64,000 nt of DNA from Eledone cirrhosa (Eukaryota), in assembly GCA_964016885.1 (NCBI GenBank), contig OZ024740.1, positions 227,912,001 to 227,976,000 on the forward strand, in the 5' to 3' direction. Under the pieces are notes generated by a model. It saw nothing but the letters and a program-made list of their open reading frames with translations. It made no database searches and was not told the origin of the DNA. Within the stretch, counting starts at the first letter, position 1, and each line of letters begins with the position of its first letter. This document shows positions 25,390-38,339 of this stretch, piece by piece. A program made the position numbers and the translations under genes.

Positions 25390-27234
25390 GGAGAGAGAGA
25401 GAGAGAGAGATTTATCTAGTCCTTCGCTCAAGATTAATCTATAAGTTTAGATGTTTGCCTTCGTTTAAGTAAATATTACAGTAAGATTTTTAATATAAAC
25501 AACTACAAAAAACAATTAATATTAAAACGAAAAAATTATCAATGATAAAAGAAGCGGATGCAACTTTTTTTTTTATAAAGTTATATTCCTGTTTCTTTAA
25601 AGAACATTTCATTTTTGTTCTATTGTAGGCGAAATAATGCAATGGTTTAATAGGGAAGATATAACTTACGAATTATGTCTCTAACCGTGTAACGCTTTTT
25701 AAGTAGATAACTACAATTGAAAATACTAAAGAAATGTAACCAACAATTCAATTTGAAAGTCGTCTAGTGACAGTGTATTACTGGTACTTTATTTTATCGA
25801 CCCCGTAACGATGAAAGGCAAAAATGCAAATGCTTAAAATTTAAATTGCCTTAATTCTATCGTCTGCTGTTTCATTAAAGGGAGATTATCGTCTGTATTT
25901 AATTCTATCGTCTACTGTTCCACTAAACAGATATACCTCCACTATCGTCTCTATTTATACATTTTAACTTATAACTTATACACATTTGATTTGAAATATT
26001 TTATCTAGTCCCCCCTCTCAATATTATGATGATTTCTTTCGAATGAAACAGTTCTAGTCCTGTAGAAGCCATTTATATATATAATTGAACTGAGTTAAAA
26101 ATTCACAATATTTATAATTAAATAAGCTCATATATATATGTGTGTATTTATCTGTTTATTGTATTATATATAATGTGTGTATATACAGGATGTCCCCCAA
26201 AAATATATACACACTTCAACAGCATTCTAATAACTATTGCCTGTACAGGTAATCAAAGTGTCAATCGAATGTTAGTTTCGTGTTTTAACAGTACAAATTT
26301 ACAATACACACATAAAACCAGTGTATATACATACATGAGTGTGTATACACATACATGAATGTGTATATACAATATATATGTATATATATATAGACACATA
26401 TATTCACGGTGCAACGGTACATTAAAATATAGATGCGGGAGAGGGGGGGTGTATATATAGGGGCGCTGGGGATAAAGGAGTGTAAAGCGTGTGTAATTGA
26501 TATATTAGAGGAGCGTGCAGCGATAGAGTAACAAATATATAGAGAGGGGGAGAGATGGTATTGAAGGGGAGGAGTGCAAAGCGAAAGAGTAAGAGATATA
26601 TATAGAGACGGAACAGATAGAGAGAAACAGGCGTAAGTAACAGTGGAAGAGATATAGAGAGAGGTACTCTGATTGGTTGAAAATTAGCCAATGACATACG
26701 ATCACCACCACCACGGCTATCCCCGAAAATTTTTTAAAGAAGCTAGGCATATATGTTAGAACACGAAAAGTGAACATTCTGTTGTTTCACACTTTTCGTG
26801 TTCTAACAGATACACATATATGTATACAAACATACACATTTATATATATACATACACACACGTATATATATATATATATATATATGGGCCTTCCAGTTTC
26901 ATTTCACATTATATACATGTCTGTGTATATTTTAATTATTTAAAAATTATTTTTAACTGAACATGATTTTTTAAAAATATTTTGAAGTGAACTTGACCCA
27001 ACGGGTCACGGGGTTGTCTCCTATCATATATAAATATCGTAAAATAAAAAATATATATTTATTTATACATAATATATATTTTATTATTTATTATATATAA
27101 ATTAATGATTTCATTTATTATATATTATTTACAATTTGCGTATAGGCAGATCTCCCTGGAAATAGGGGTGGGGTCGTTGAAGGTAATAGATGGTCGTGAG
27201 GAGGGCGGTGGCCCAAATAGTTTGAGAACCTCTG
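23995..27234. mobile_element. Non-autonomous hAT (Charlie-like) element with nested insertions
   Basis: TIRs (t)agaggttctcaaa / tttgagaacctctg. 8-bp TSD gtctagtc / gtgtagtc. Contains a SINE (~24782-24948) and microsatellites. Confidence 0.7.
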
Positions 27235-27540
27235 GTGTAGTCTGTAGTCGTAATTCAAAGGACCAGCCATGCCACACACTGTGTCACGTTGCTAATTACG
27301 TTAAGAGTACACGTGCCTATGGCATCCTCAGTCAATTACATGTTAATTTAACGAGTAGGCCTTTCCGTTGATCGAACAACTGGAACACTCCTCGCCGACA
27401 CCAGTGGAAGTCCGTTTACCTCTTCTTTTTCATAAGCTGATGCTTGTGTGTATATAGGTGCGTGTGTATGGAATTGAATGTTTGCTCACACACACACAGA
27501 CACACACACATACACACACGTGTGTGTGCGTGTGTATATG

Positions 27541-27593
<53 letters not shown>

Positions 27594-28049
27594 GGGTATG
27601 TATGTATGCGAGTGTATGTACGTGTGTGAGTATCTGTGTGTATGTATGTGTGTGAGTAGCTGTTTGTATGTATATATGTGGGTGTGGGTATGTGTATGTA
27701 TGAGTGTGTATGTATGTGTATCTATGTATGTATGTGTATATATGTATCTGTGTGTATATATGTGTATTATGTGTGGGTGTATGTATGTATGTGTATTCCC
27801 CCCTCACTCCGTCCACTGTCAGTTTACCTCTACCGTAACCACTTTCTCTCTCCCCCCCTTTTCAATCTGTCATCGTAACTACGGTTGTTTGATGTATTGT
27901 TCCTCTCTATTTCCTGTCCGCCCCCTTCGACCCAATATACTTAACCTGTCACCTTAAAATGTAACTCTTTCCCTTGGTTGTTTGAGGAATGTATAGATAC
28001 CTTTCTCTCCAGTTTTCTGACCCTTCACCTTGGCTCACCTCACCTGCCT

Positions 28050-29597
28050 GCCTTACTCTCCCATGCTACCAAATCTGTCCCTCAGTTTCAAAGTTCCGCA
28101 CTCAATTGCTCTGCCTTTTTACCATCCCAGTTACCAAATCTGTCCCTCAGTTTTAATGTTCCCCCCTCAGTTGCTCTGACTTCTTATCCTCTCATGTCCC
28201 TCAGTTTCAATGCCCCCCCTCCCAATTGTCCTGCCTTCTTACCTTCCCTTGTTACCAAATCTGTCCCTCAACTTCAATGTTCCCCCCCCCCCCAATTGTC
28301 CTCCCTTCTTACCTTCCCTTGTTACCAAATCTGTCCCTCAACTTTAATGTTTCCCCCAATTGTCCTCCCTTCTTACCCTCCCTTGTTACCAAATCTGTCC
28401 CCCAACTTCAATGTTTCCCCCAATTGTCCTCCCTTCTTACCCTCCCTTGTTACCAAATCTGTCCCTCAACTTCAATGTTTCCCCCAATTGTCCTCCCTTC
28501 TTACCCTCCCTTGTTACCAAATCTGTCCCTCAACTTCAATGTTTCCCCCAATTGTCCTGCCTTCTTACCCTCACTTGTTACCAAATCTGTTCCTCAACTT
28601 CAATGTCCCCCCCCCCCCCCCCAATTGTCCTCCCTTCTTACCCTCCCTTCTTACCAAATCTGTCCCCCAACTTCAATGTTTCCCCCAATTGTCCTCCCTT
28701 CTTACCCTCCCTTGTTACCAAATCTGTCCCTCAACTTCAATGTTTCCCCCAATTGTTCTCCCTTCTTACCCTCCCTTGTTACCAAATCTGTCCCTCAACT
28801 TCAATGTTTCCCCCAATTGTCCTCCCTTCTTACCCTCACTTGTTACCAAATCTGTCCCTCAACTTCAATGTTTCCCCCAATTGTCCTCCCTTCTTACCCT
28901 CCCTTGTTACCAAATCTGTCCCTCAACTTCAATGTTTCCCCCAATTGTCCTCCCTTCTTACCCTCACTTGTTACCAAATCTGTCCCTCAACTTCAATGTT
29001 TCCCCCAATTGTCCTCCCTTCTTACCCTCCCTTGTTACCAAATCTGTCCCTCAACTTCAATGTTCCCCCAATTGTCCTCCCTTCTTACCCTCCCTTGTTA
29101 CCAAATCTGTTCCTCAACTTCAATGTTTCCCCCAATTGTCCTCCCTTCTTACCCTCACTTGTTACCAAATCTGTCCCTCAACTTCAATGTTTCCCCCAAT
29201 TGTCCTCCCTTCTTACCCTCCCTTGTTACCAAATCTGTCCCTCAACTTCAATGTTTCCCCCAATTGTCCTCCCTTCTTACCCTCACTTGTTACCAAATCT
29301 GTCCCTCAACTTCAATGTTTCCCCCAATTGTCCTCCCTTCTTACCCTCACTTGTTACCAAATCTGTCCCTCAACTTCAATGTTTCCCCCAATTGTCCTCC
29401 CTTCTTACCCTCCCTTGTTACCAAATCTGTCCCTCAACTTCAATGTCCCCCCCCCCCAATTGTCCGCCCTTCTTACCCTCCCTTGTTACCAAATCTGTTC
29501 CTCAACTTCAATGTTCCCCCCCCCCAATTGTCCTCCCTTCTTACCTTCCCTTGTTACCAAATCTGTCCCTCAACTTCAATGTTTCCCGCTCAATTGT
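28050..29597. repeat. 64-bp-unit minisatellite, ~24 copies, pyrimidine-rich on the plus strand
   Basis: ttgttaccaaatctgtccctcaacttcaatgtttcccccaattgtcctcccttcttaccctccc recurs at 28383, 28447, 28511 and onward. Confidence 0.97.
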
Positions 29598-29969
29598 TCA
29601 CTCACAGACAAAGGACCAGGAGGGAAACACCATGTCATATTCTACTTTCCTCACGAACAAATAACCTTAACAATCCTCCAAACTTATTTTGCCAATGTAG
29701 ACCATCAACAGTGACTTCTAATACTGAATTTTTATATATTCTAATATTTCTAACGACCGGAGGTGTTAGATTGGCAGAATTGGTAGAGCGTCGGATAAAA
29801 TGCCATTGCGGTATTTGTTCAGATTCTTTACATTCTGAATTCAAATCCTAACCGAGATCAACATTGCTCACATCCTTCCGGGGTAGATAAAATAACATAT
29901 CAGTCAGATACTGTGGTTGATTTAATCAACTTTGCTCTACCCTCAAATTTACTGACATTGAGGCCCCAA

Positions 29970-30285
29970 TCGGTCACTAATGACCATGGTTTTGCACCTA
30001 TAAAGTTTCCCTCGGAATCACAAGTCTGGGCAAGGTTTGTTTTATGGAAGACCAGCAGTCACCCATGTATACCAGTCTCCCCTCTCCACGGTAAAGGCTA
30101 TGGCCGCCACCAAGGTAAAGGCTATGGCCGATACAGCTTGGCCCCAGTGACGTCGGAATTCATTTCTACAGTTGAGTAAACTGGAGCAACGTGAAATAAA
30201 GTGTCTTGCTCAAGGTCTGAGAATTGAACTCACAACCTCTCAATTGCAAGCCCAATGCTCTAACCACTAAGCCATGCGCCTTCAC
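29970..30285 (-). mobile_element. Second tRNA-derived SINE family (related pieces ~35150-35345 and ~23545-23650)
   Basis: Minus-strand head ggcgcatggcttagtggttagagc..gagttcaattc and shared body cttgagcaagacactttatttcacgttg. Confidence 0.75.
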
Positions 30286-30633
30286 TGACATTATGCCTAA
30301 ATTAAAAATCAATATTTCCAACGGATATAATTAGAGGCGCTAATTTTGACAAGGAAAGAAAAATCTACTGTGTTTGTTGGATGCAACAATATTTAAATTG
30401 AAAAAAAAAAAAAAGAAATGTCATTACACAACTAACAAATACCAGGACTTGACCAACCACTTCCGTTTCCTGTTGGTTGCTGTTGTGACCTCCGCGGAAA
30501 CCGGAGGAGTGTATCCCACTTGATGTAGGATACCATAAGATCGAATGGGTGATACAATGGGTGTCGCTGGCTGTTCCTTGCGGCATTATTTTCGCCATTT
30601 TGTCCGCAGGACACAGATGAGATACAATGCCGC

Positions 30634-30816
30634 CAGTGCCGGATGTAGGACAAATGAGGTCCTGTGCTAGTTAAGTTATGAGGCCCCTTTCATCGTAAAC
30701 GTTTTCTTCTTTTTGTGTGTGTGGGAGGGGGGGGGGGGGGGGCAGGAAGATGGGACCCCTGGCCAACGGGGCCCTGTACTTAAGCACACCTAAGCACAAT
30801 GATAAATCCGACACAG
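30634..30816. mobile_element. hAT-type MITE (degenerate)
   Basis: TIRs cagtgccggat / atccgacacag. Imperfect 8-bp TSD aatgccgc / actaccgc. Internal ggcccc motifs. Confidence 0.55.
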
Positions 30817-31659
30817 ACTACCGCCTAGGCTGGGGTGTAAAGTCTACCACTCACTACTTTCCCTTACTTTCGTTATTTAATGTTTTCTCTTTCTCTTTGG
30901 TATTTTTCTTAATATGCAAATGTTGAGGAATTGTAAATATTCTTCTAAAAAATATATAACTAAGTAACACGGTTACGGATGTATTGTACCTTTATTTCAA
31001 AAGCCCTGACTTGTTATACAATTTGTCACGCTGATTCGACTTCGGAATTACGTTAAAGGTACACGTGTCTATGGAATACTCAACCACTTACACATTAATT
31101 CACAAGTTGGTTATTCAGTTGATCAAACCATTAAATGCTCATCGTCAAAACTGACGGAGAATCCATCATCAAATCCAATAAGTACATTTATTAATATGTC
31201 ACCATTGAGTAAACACAAAGGTGTGTGTTGTGTGAAAAAACAGGAAGAAATGCTATTCTTCATAGATACACTCCTCATTCACTTTTACTTCCTAACAAAT
31301 TCACACCTACTGTGGAAGTAGTAGGGGCGCCATATTGACATATATTTTTTAAGCATGGTGGAGCCCATCTACTCTCTAGGTTTGAATACCGTAGATTTCT
31401 TTCAGAGAAGGATAGAGAGTGAGAGAGAGGGTGTGACAAAGAGATATAGAGAAAACTTCGACCCCAGTACTAGACTGGTACTTTTTTATCGACCTTAAAT
31501 AGATGAAACGCAAAGTTGACCTCGGTGAGCAGAGAGCTGAAACAAATACCGTAAAGCCTTCCAGCAGACGTTCTAACGACTCTACCAATTCACCGCCTAT
31601 CTACGAAGATTATCACTGTCTTATCCATTCTATTGATGTATAGAAATAGGAAGGGAAGC

Positions 31660-32410
31660 GGTGAATTGACAAAGTGGTTAGAACGCCGGAAAGAATCTGT
31701 TTGTGGTATTTGTTTTGGCTCTCTGTTCTACATCCATTGGTGGATTGGCAGTATCGGTAGAGGGTCGGATGCCATGCTTTGCAGCAAAGAGTTATGGCCC
31801 TTTGTGATCTGAGTTCAAATCCCGCCGAGGTTAACTTTGCCTTTCATCCTTACGGGGTCGATAAAATAAAGTACCAGTAATACACTGGCATGATTGCCTT
31901 GTGCCAAAAGTAGAAACAATGATATTAAGGACGGTGTTCTGAGTTCAAATCACGCTGAGTATAGCTTTGCCTTTCATCCTTACGGGGCCGATAAAATAAA
32001 AGTACCAGTAATGAACTGGAGTCAATATAATCCATTTTCCCCTCCCCAAAATTGTTGGCCTTGTGTCTAAAATAGAAATCATTATATTAAGTGGGCTGGG
32101 TTGCCAGTATCGGTTAAGTGTCGGACAATATCCTATGCAGCATATAGTTACGTCCTTTTACGGTCTGAGTTCAAATCCCGCCGAGGTTAACTTTGCCTTT
32201 CATTTTTAAGGGATCGATAAAATAAAGTACCAGTAATGTATTGAGTAATTGCTGGCCTTATGCCAAAAGTAGAAACAATTATTATATTAATCAATCCAAG
32301 GGCAGAGGATTGGCAGTATCATTAGTGTCAGACAAAATGCTTTGCGGCATTTATTTCGTCTATTTACGTCCTGACTTTAAAACCCGTTGACGTCATCTTT
32401 ACCCTTCATT
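31660..32410 (+). mobile_element. Tandem cluster of tRNA-derived SINEs
   Basis: Four to five head-to-tail full or partial copies with gagttcaaatcccgccgaggttaactttgcc. Confidence 0.88.
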
Positions 32411-32598
32411 CTTTCCAAAGAAGGACTGTTCCAGTACTGAGGTCTTTGTCTATATCTCTTTCTCACTTCCTCTCTATCACGTTCTCTTTCTCTGGAAGAT
32501 ATCTGATCCCCAACCACTCCTCAACAGTTAAGAGACCACACATACATACATTAAGGGTGGGGATTTGAATTCAGACTATTAAAAAATGCTAGAAGAAA

Positions 32599-33025
32599 TC
32601 ATCATCATCATCATTATCCGGCGGCCTCAGCCGAAATCGACTTAACAATTGATCTCCACGTGGGTCTGTCGTTCATTGCCGTTGCCAAGTCCTGGATTTC
32701 AATACCAGAATCTCTGGAGATGACATCGGGTTAGGAGAGTTTACGTCCCTGTTATTAGTGACTTCTTGTGGTTTCAAAAGCACTAATGGGGACACAGTCT
32801 CATAGGTGGCACGATGGCAGTGGTCAGCAAATCTTCCTCTCCTTTTACGTACGACATGCGTGGGAGGCTGGCATATATTTCTTTCAAAGATAGATGTCGC
32901 CAGCTTATGTTCTGAATGCTTTGAAGCAGGTGAATGTAAGTGCCATCATGGAGCTTTGGTTGTTTTGATGAAAGCATCTATGTTTCACTTCCATATAGCA
33001 AGATTGGAAGAAATACCAATAATAA
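32599..33025 (-). pseudogene. RTE-X LINE 3' fragment with (ATG)n-type tail
   Basis: DGTYIHLL..QNISWRH, FADHCHRA, PDVISRDSG..DLATAMNDRPTW. (cat)n at 32599-32615. Confidence 0.8.
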
Positions 33026-33049
33026 TGGTTTCTGATTTAGGGACAAAGT

Positions 33050-33720
33050 CAGTAATCAGGTGGGGGTGAGTGGGGGATGTCGTTTATATCGACCCCCAGT
33101 ATTTGACTGGTATTTTATTCTATCGACCACGGAAGGATGAAAGGCAAAGTTTACTTCGGCGGTATTTGAACTCAGAACATTAAGGGCTCTGTCTAAATAT
33201 CCCAAAGCATTTTGTCCGACGCTCTACCAATTTTGCCAATCTGCTGCCTTCAAGCCACCGATAATAATGATTTCTAAATTAGGCACAAGGCCAGCAATTT
33301 GTGGGAATGGGGAAAAATCGATATCTGCTCCAATTCTTTACTAGTATTTTATCGAACCCGGATGGGTGAAAGGCAAAATTGACCTCGGTGGTATTTGAAC
33401 TCAGAATTTAAAGGGCCGTAACGAAATAACCCAAAGCATTTTCTCCGATGCTCTATCGATCCTGCCAATCCACCACCTTCAAGCCAGCAATAATAATGGT
33501 TTCTTATATAGGCACAAGACCAGCTATTTTTCGGGGGAAGGGGAAAGTCAATTGAAATCGACCCCAGTGCGTGACTGGTACTTTATTTTATCGACTCCGC
33601 AAGGATGAAAGGCAAAGTTAACCTCGGCGGGATTTGATCCCAGATCATAAAGAGCCGTAACTCTATGCTGCAAAACATGGCGTCCGACCCTCTACCGATA
33701 CTGCCACTCCATCGCTCTCA
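33050..33720 (-). mobile_element. Three tandem tRNA-derived SINEs
   Basis: Repeated gatgaaaggcaaagt..ctcggcgg.atttgaactcaga blocks about 230 bp apart. Confidence 0.88.
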
Positions 33721-34190
33721 GCCACCTATAATAATAAGACACACTTCTTTTGTTTCCATGTCTTACCTATCGTTGTGTGTATATGTCTTTATGTCTTTTG
33801 TTCACAATTGAAAGAAACTTAATATTTCCCACAATTAGTGGGAGACGAGATTGAGTTGTTGTAGGAATAATGGTTTTCAAGTGGGATAGTTAGTTTGCTA
33901 ACTTGACAAAAGAATGAAGAAAGCAGGGATTGTTTCAAGCACCTGCTTATTTTCTCTATATTCTCTTTGAATTACTGTTTAGTACCGTGTTGTACTTGTT
34001 TGGCAAGTGACTTAATTCGAGACTGTGTTGATACTAAAACAATTAATTACTCTCGGGCTTCGACTAATCACCCCTCCCCCATTTATTAATTTTTCAGATT
34101 TTTTTTCCACCCCATCTCCCGTTCATATTCCTGGAGGCCGTTCGTAAACCGAAACTATTTCCCCCATACGAAATCTTGAAAGAGAAATAC

Positions 34191-34244
<54 letters not shown>

Positions 34245-34467
34245 ACTGAGTGAAAAACAGATAGATATCACCATAGTAACTAACTAAACAGCAAGTGGTG
34301 TTTTCCCGTCGATACTCCCAGCTTGACGCCAACTGTTGTTGCCGACTTGCGTGTTGGTTACTCGAGACATATTCGTCAATCGAGACGTTTTATGGTGGGG
34401 AAAAATTGTTCGTAAACCGATTTATTCGGGATCAGAAGCGTTCGTGAACAGAGATCCCATTGTATTG

Positions 34468-34552
<85 letters not shown>

Positions 34553-34835
34553 CTCATTATTAACCGTTTCGTCTAAAAACTGCCACCCTACTCATGCTCT
34601 AATGTTGTCCGCCTCTTGGTCCCGGCCGACAGGATGGAGAAGACATTGCCCCGAAGAATGGCGTGGGAGACGTGCTGGAACAGCCACTCCACCTGGTGCA
34701 GCTCGCACCTGTAGGCAACCAACTCTGTTCCTTCAGCAGTGAGCAGGGCTGTGGTCGGGGGCCAAGAACGCCACAATTTTCCACTGCTACAGGCTGAAAA
34801 ACGAAACCTATCATCATTAAACCTATATATCATTA
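34553..34835 (-). pseudogene. CRE-like (RLE-type) non-LTR retrotransposon 3' remnant abutting (GA)n
   Basis: FQPVAVENCGVLGP, a frameshift, then WLFQHVSHAILRGNVFSILSA. This matches the F.P.A.ET.G..G / QR.S.AIQRGNA.S.L C-terminus of CRE-like elements. Confidence 0.7.
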
Positions 34836-34853
34836 ATATTAGAAAATTGATAT

Positions 34854-34988
34854 ACCGTATTTCCCGGCGCCGAGGACGCACCCTAATTTTGACAACCAAA
34901 ATTTGAAGAAAAAAAATAATAAACAACCTTCGGCCTCCAGACTTATTTTATGAAAAAAGTAGCGTCTTCAACGCCGGAAAATATGGTA
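34854..34988. mobile_element. pogo/Tc1-mariner MITE (fragments also at ~22138-22214 and ~17188-17228)
   Basis: TA-ccgtatttcccggcg ... cgccggaaaatatgg-TA. Confidence 0.75.
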
Positions 34989-36067
34989 ATTAGATGAAAT
35001 ACGGTGTATATAGTAAAGTCAAGTTTTGGGGTGTTTTTTAATGGTTAAAATGAGTCTTTCATGCAGTAATTATATATTGTATTTTTTTTAACACAACCAA
35101 CAGATCCAAAATCTCATTCGCTTACCGTGTGTAGTTAACTCGTCAAATCGGACCAAGGAAACAATGTTACCATTGGTCTTTCTATTGTTGATACTATCTA
35201 CCGGTTGCAACTCCTGGCAGAAAGAACAACGTGAAATAAAGTGTCTTGCTCAAGGACATAATGCATCGCCCGGTCTGAGAATCGAACTCACAACTCAACG
35301 ATTGCGAATCCAATTCGCTAACCACTAAGCCACCCGCTTTCACTGAATATATTGTATGCTTGTTTATTATTTTATTCTTATTTTCGGTAGAGGGTCGGAC
35401 GCCATGCTTTGCAGCATAGAGTTACGGCCCTTTACAGTCTGGGTTCAAATCCCACCGAGATTAGGTTTGTCTTTCATCCTTACAGGGTCGATAAAATAAA
35501 GTACCAGTAATGTACTGAGGTCGATTTATTCAACTTTCCCTTCCCCTTCAAATTGCTGGCCTTGTGCCTAAATCAGAAACCATGTTTATTATTATTTCCT
35601 CTCCGCCCCCTTTCTTCTCTGTATAGAACTCTCCACTGATTTGACCACCCAGCCAGTATATTGACTAGCCAAAGAAAATTTAAGAACAATAGGTTTTATT
35701 GTTTTATGGCTGAGAGATTTGATAAAAGTCTTAATCAATTATCAAATGTGGTCAGCCTTTCTCCTCACTCGTTCCCATCATCTTGGGAATAGAGACGTAT
35801 ATCTCTTGCTTTTTTACATCTTTTTAGATTTTAGTTTATGTTCTTGTTATTGTTGTAATTGTTTTTGTTACAATTATTAGGTTTCTTTTGTTGCTAATGT
35901 TTTTCAGTTCCGCCCCCTCCTACTTCTTATCCGCCCCTCTTTTCCCCCTCACCTGCCTCCTTTCTGGTTGTCGTTGTCGTCATTGTTTAGCTTCTCGCCA
36001 GCCCTGCTCTAGCAAACCAAGAATCAATGACAATCCAATTATGACCAATCCGTTTTTTTTCCAATAG

Positions 36068-36975
36068 ACAGTATACCAATACACATTATCTCAATACACA
36101 GTGTACCATTACACACTATACCAATACACAGTAGTACATCATTACACAGCACTGCACCAACGTACAGTGTACCAATACAGACTACACCAATACATAGTGT
36201 ACCATTACACACTACACCATTACACACTACACCAATACACAGCACTACACCATTACACATTACACCATTACACAGCGCTACACCATTACACAGTACGCCA
36301 TTACACACTACACCAATACACAGCACTACACTATTACACACTACACCATTACACACTACACCATTACACAGCACTACACCAATACACAGCACTACACTAT
36401 TACACACTACACCATTACACACTACACAGCACTACACCATTACACATTACACCATTACACAGCGCTACACCATTACACAGTACGCCATTACACACTACAC
36501 CAATACACAGCACTACACTATTACACACTACACCATTACACAGCACTACACCAATACACAGCACTACACTATTACACACTACACCATTACACACTACACC
36601 AATACACAGCATTACACTATTACACACTACACCATTACACAGCACTACACCAATACACAGCACTACGCCAATACACAGCACTACACTATTACACACTACA
36701 CCATTACACAGCACTACACCAATACACAGCACTACACTATTACACACTACACCATTACACACTACACAGCATTACACTATTACACACTACACCATTACAC
36801 AGCACTACACCAATACACAGCACTACGCCAATACACAGCACTACACTATTACACACTACACCATTACACAGCACTACACTATTACACACTACACCATTAC
36901 ACACTACACCATTACACACTACACCATTACACACTACACCATTACACAGCACTACACTAATATACAGTGTACTAA
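36068..36975. repeat. Low-complexity minisatellite of 15/18-bp units (acactacaccattac / acagcactacaccaatac)
   Basis: Direct inspection. Confidence 0.95.
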
Positions 36976-37169
36976 CTATGACATTATCTAATAGGTTTTC
37001 TTTTCTTTTCTAAGACATTGTTTTCCTTCTTTGTCCTATTAATCCAGCGAAATGTCTTAGTTACTGCTTACCGTTGTTGTATATATAAATAAAATATTCA
37101 TTTACTCTTTCATCCGTTCCGGTTCGTGGACTTGACCATGTAAGGGAGGAGGGGGGGGGGGGTCATGAT

Positions 37170-37557
37170 TAAAATAATTGTTTCTACTTTGGGGCACAAA
37201 GCCAGCAATAATTCAGTGCATTACTGGTATGTATTTTTTATCGACCCAGTAAGGATGACAGACAAAGTTAACCTCGGCGAGATTTGAACTCAGACCGTAA
37301 AGGACCGTAACTCTATGCTGCAAAGCATGGTGTCCGACTCTCTACCGATACTGCCAATCCACCTCAAAATAATTGTTTCTACATTTGGCACAAGGTCAGC
37401 AATTACACCAGTACATTACTGGTACTTTATTTTATCGACCCCGTAAGGATGAAAGGCAAAGTTGACCTCGGCGGGATTTGAACTCAGAATAGAAAGGGCC
37501 GTAACTCTATGCGTCAAAGCATGACGTCCGACCCTCTACTGATACTGCCAATCCACC
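37170..37557 (-). mobile_element. Two tandem tRNA-derived SINEs
   Basis: Same family consensus, about 195-bp period. Confidence 0.88.
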
Positions 37558-38339
37558 GAAAATAATGTCACGTAGGTGGTAGCAGTGGGATGCGACCCCA
37601 CAAGGAAGAAAACAAAGAGATGTGATAAAAAACATTGAAAATAGTGAAAGAGCTTTGAAACATAAATCTTAGTTCTTATTCCAGAAGAAGAAAAATGAAA
37701 ATACAAGAAGTCACGATTATACACTTTACAATGCTCGTTAGACATCAGAAAATATTCTTTTTTATCAGACTTATTAGTAAATGGAATAATTTGCCAGGTC
37801 ATGTAGTGAACGTCCTAACAATAAATGGTTTTAAAAATAGATATGAATGAATAGATTGAAATTCATTTGATGAGAGGGAGAAGTGATAGGAAGGCTGGAA
37901 GCAGGGCCTCTAAGATTAATTTTGCAAGGCGATACAAGACCCATTTGGGGCCCGAAGCAGGCAAAGTTTTTTCTCAAAATGGATGTTGCATGGTTGCTGT
38001 GGGTCCTCTTAGCTCTTGGGCCCCGGGACAAAGTACCGGTTGGACCCACCCTTCTCATAAGCCGTGGCTATAAGTAAAGTGCATAAGGGATCTCGCCAAA
38101 CTTCAACTGGTATGAAAAAAAAAGGCCATAGAAAAAGTTCAGAAACTTATTTATCATTATGGCTATCAACACAGGCAATATTTTCATGGGAATCACCACG
38201 AAGCACAAGTTCCTTAATGCACAAAAAATAATCATTTCAACAATAGAGTGTAAATAGTATTCTCCATCCTGTCGACCGGGACCCAGAGGCGGAAAGTAAG
38301 TTAGTTGGAGATGGAGGATATTCGTTCGGACGTCACTTT

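Noticed and set aside
28050-29597. CRISPR-like array
   Set aside because: No unique spacers, no cas genes, and a eukaryotic context.
27978-29851. Three long overlapping plus-strand ORFs (434-578 aa)
   Set aside because: They arise from a stop-free 64-bp tandem repeat that cycles through all three frames; there is no protein signal.
34588-34797. Host exon with tttttcag acceptor on the minus strand
   Set aside because: The motifs are split across two frames and match a CRE-like retrotransposon C-terminus.
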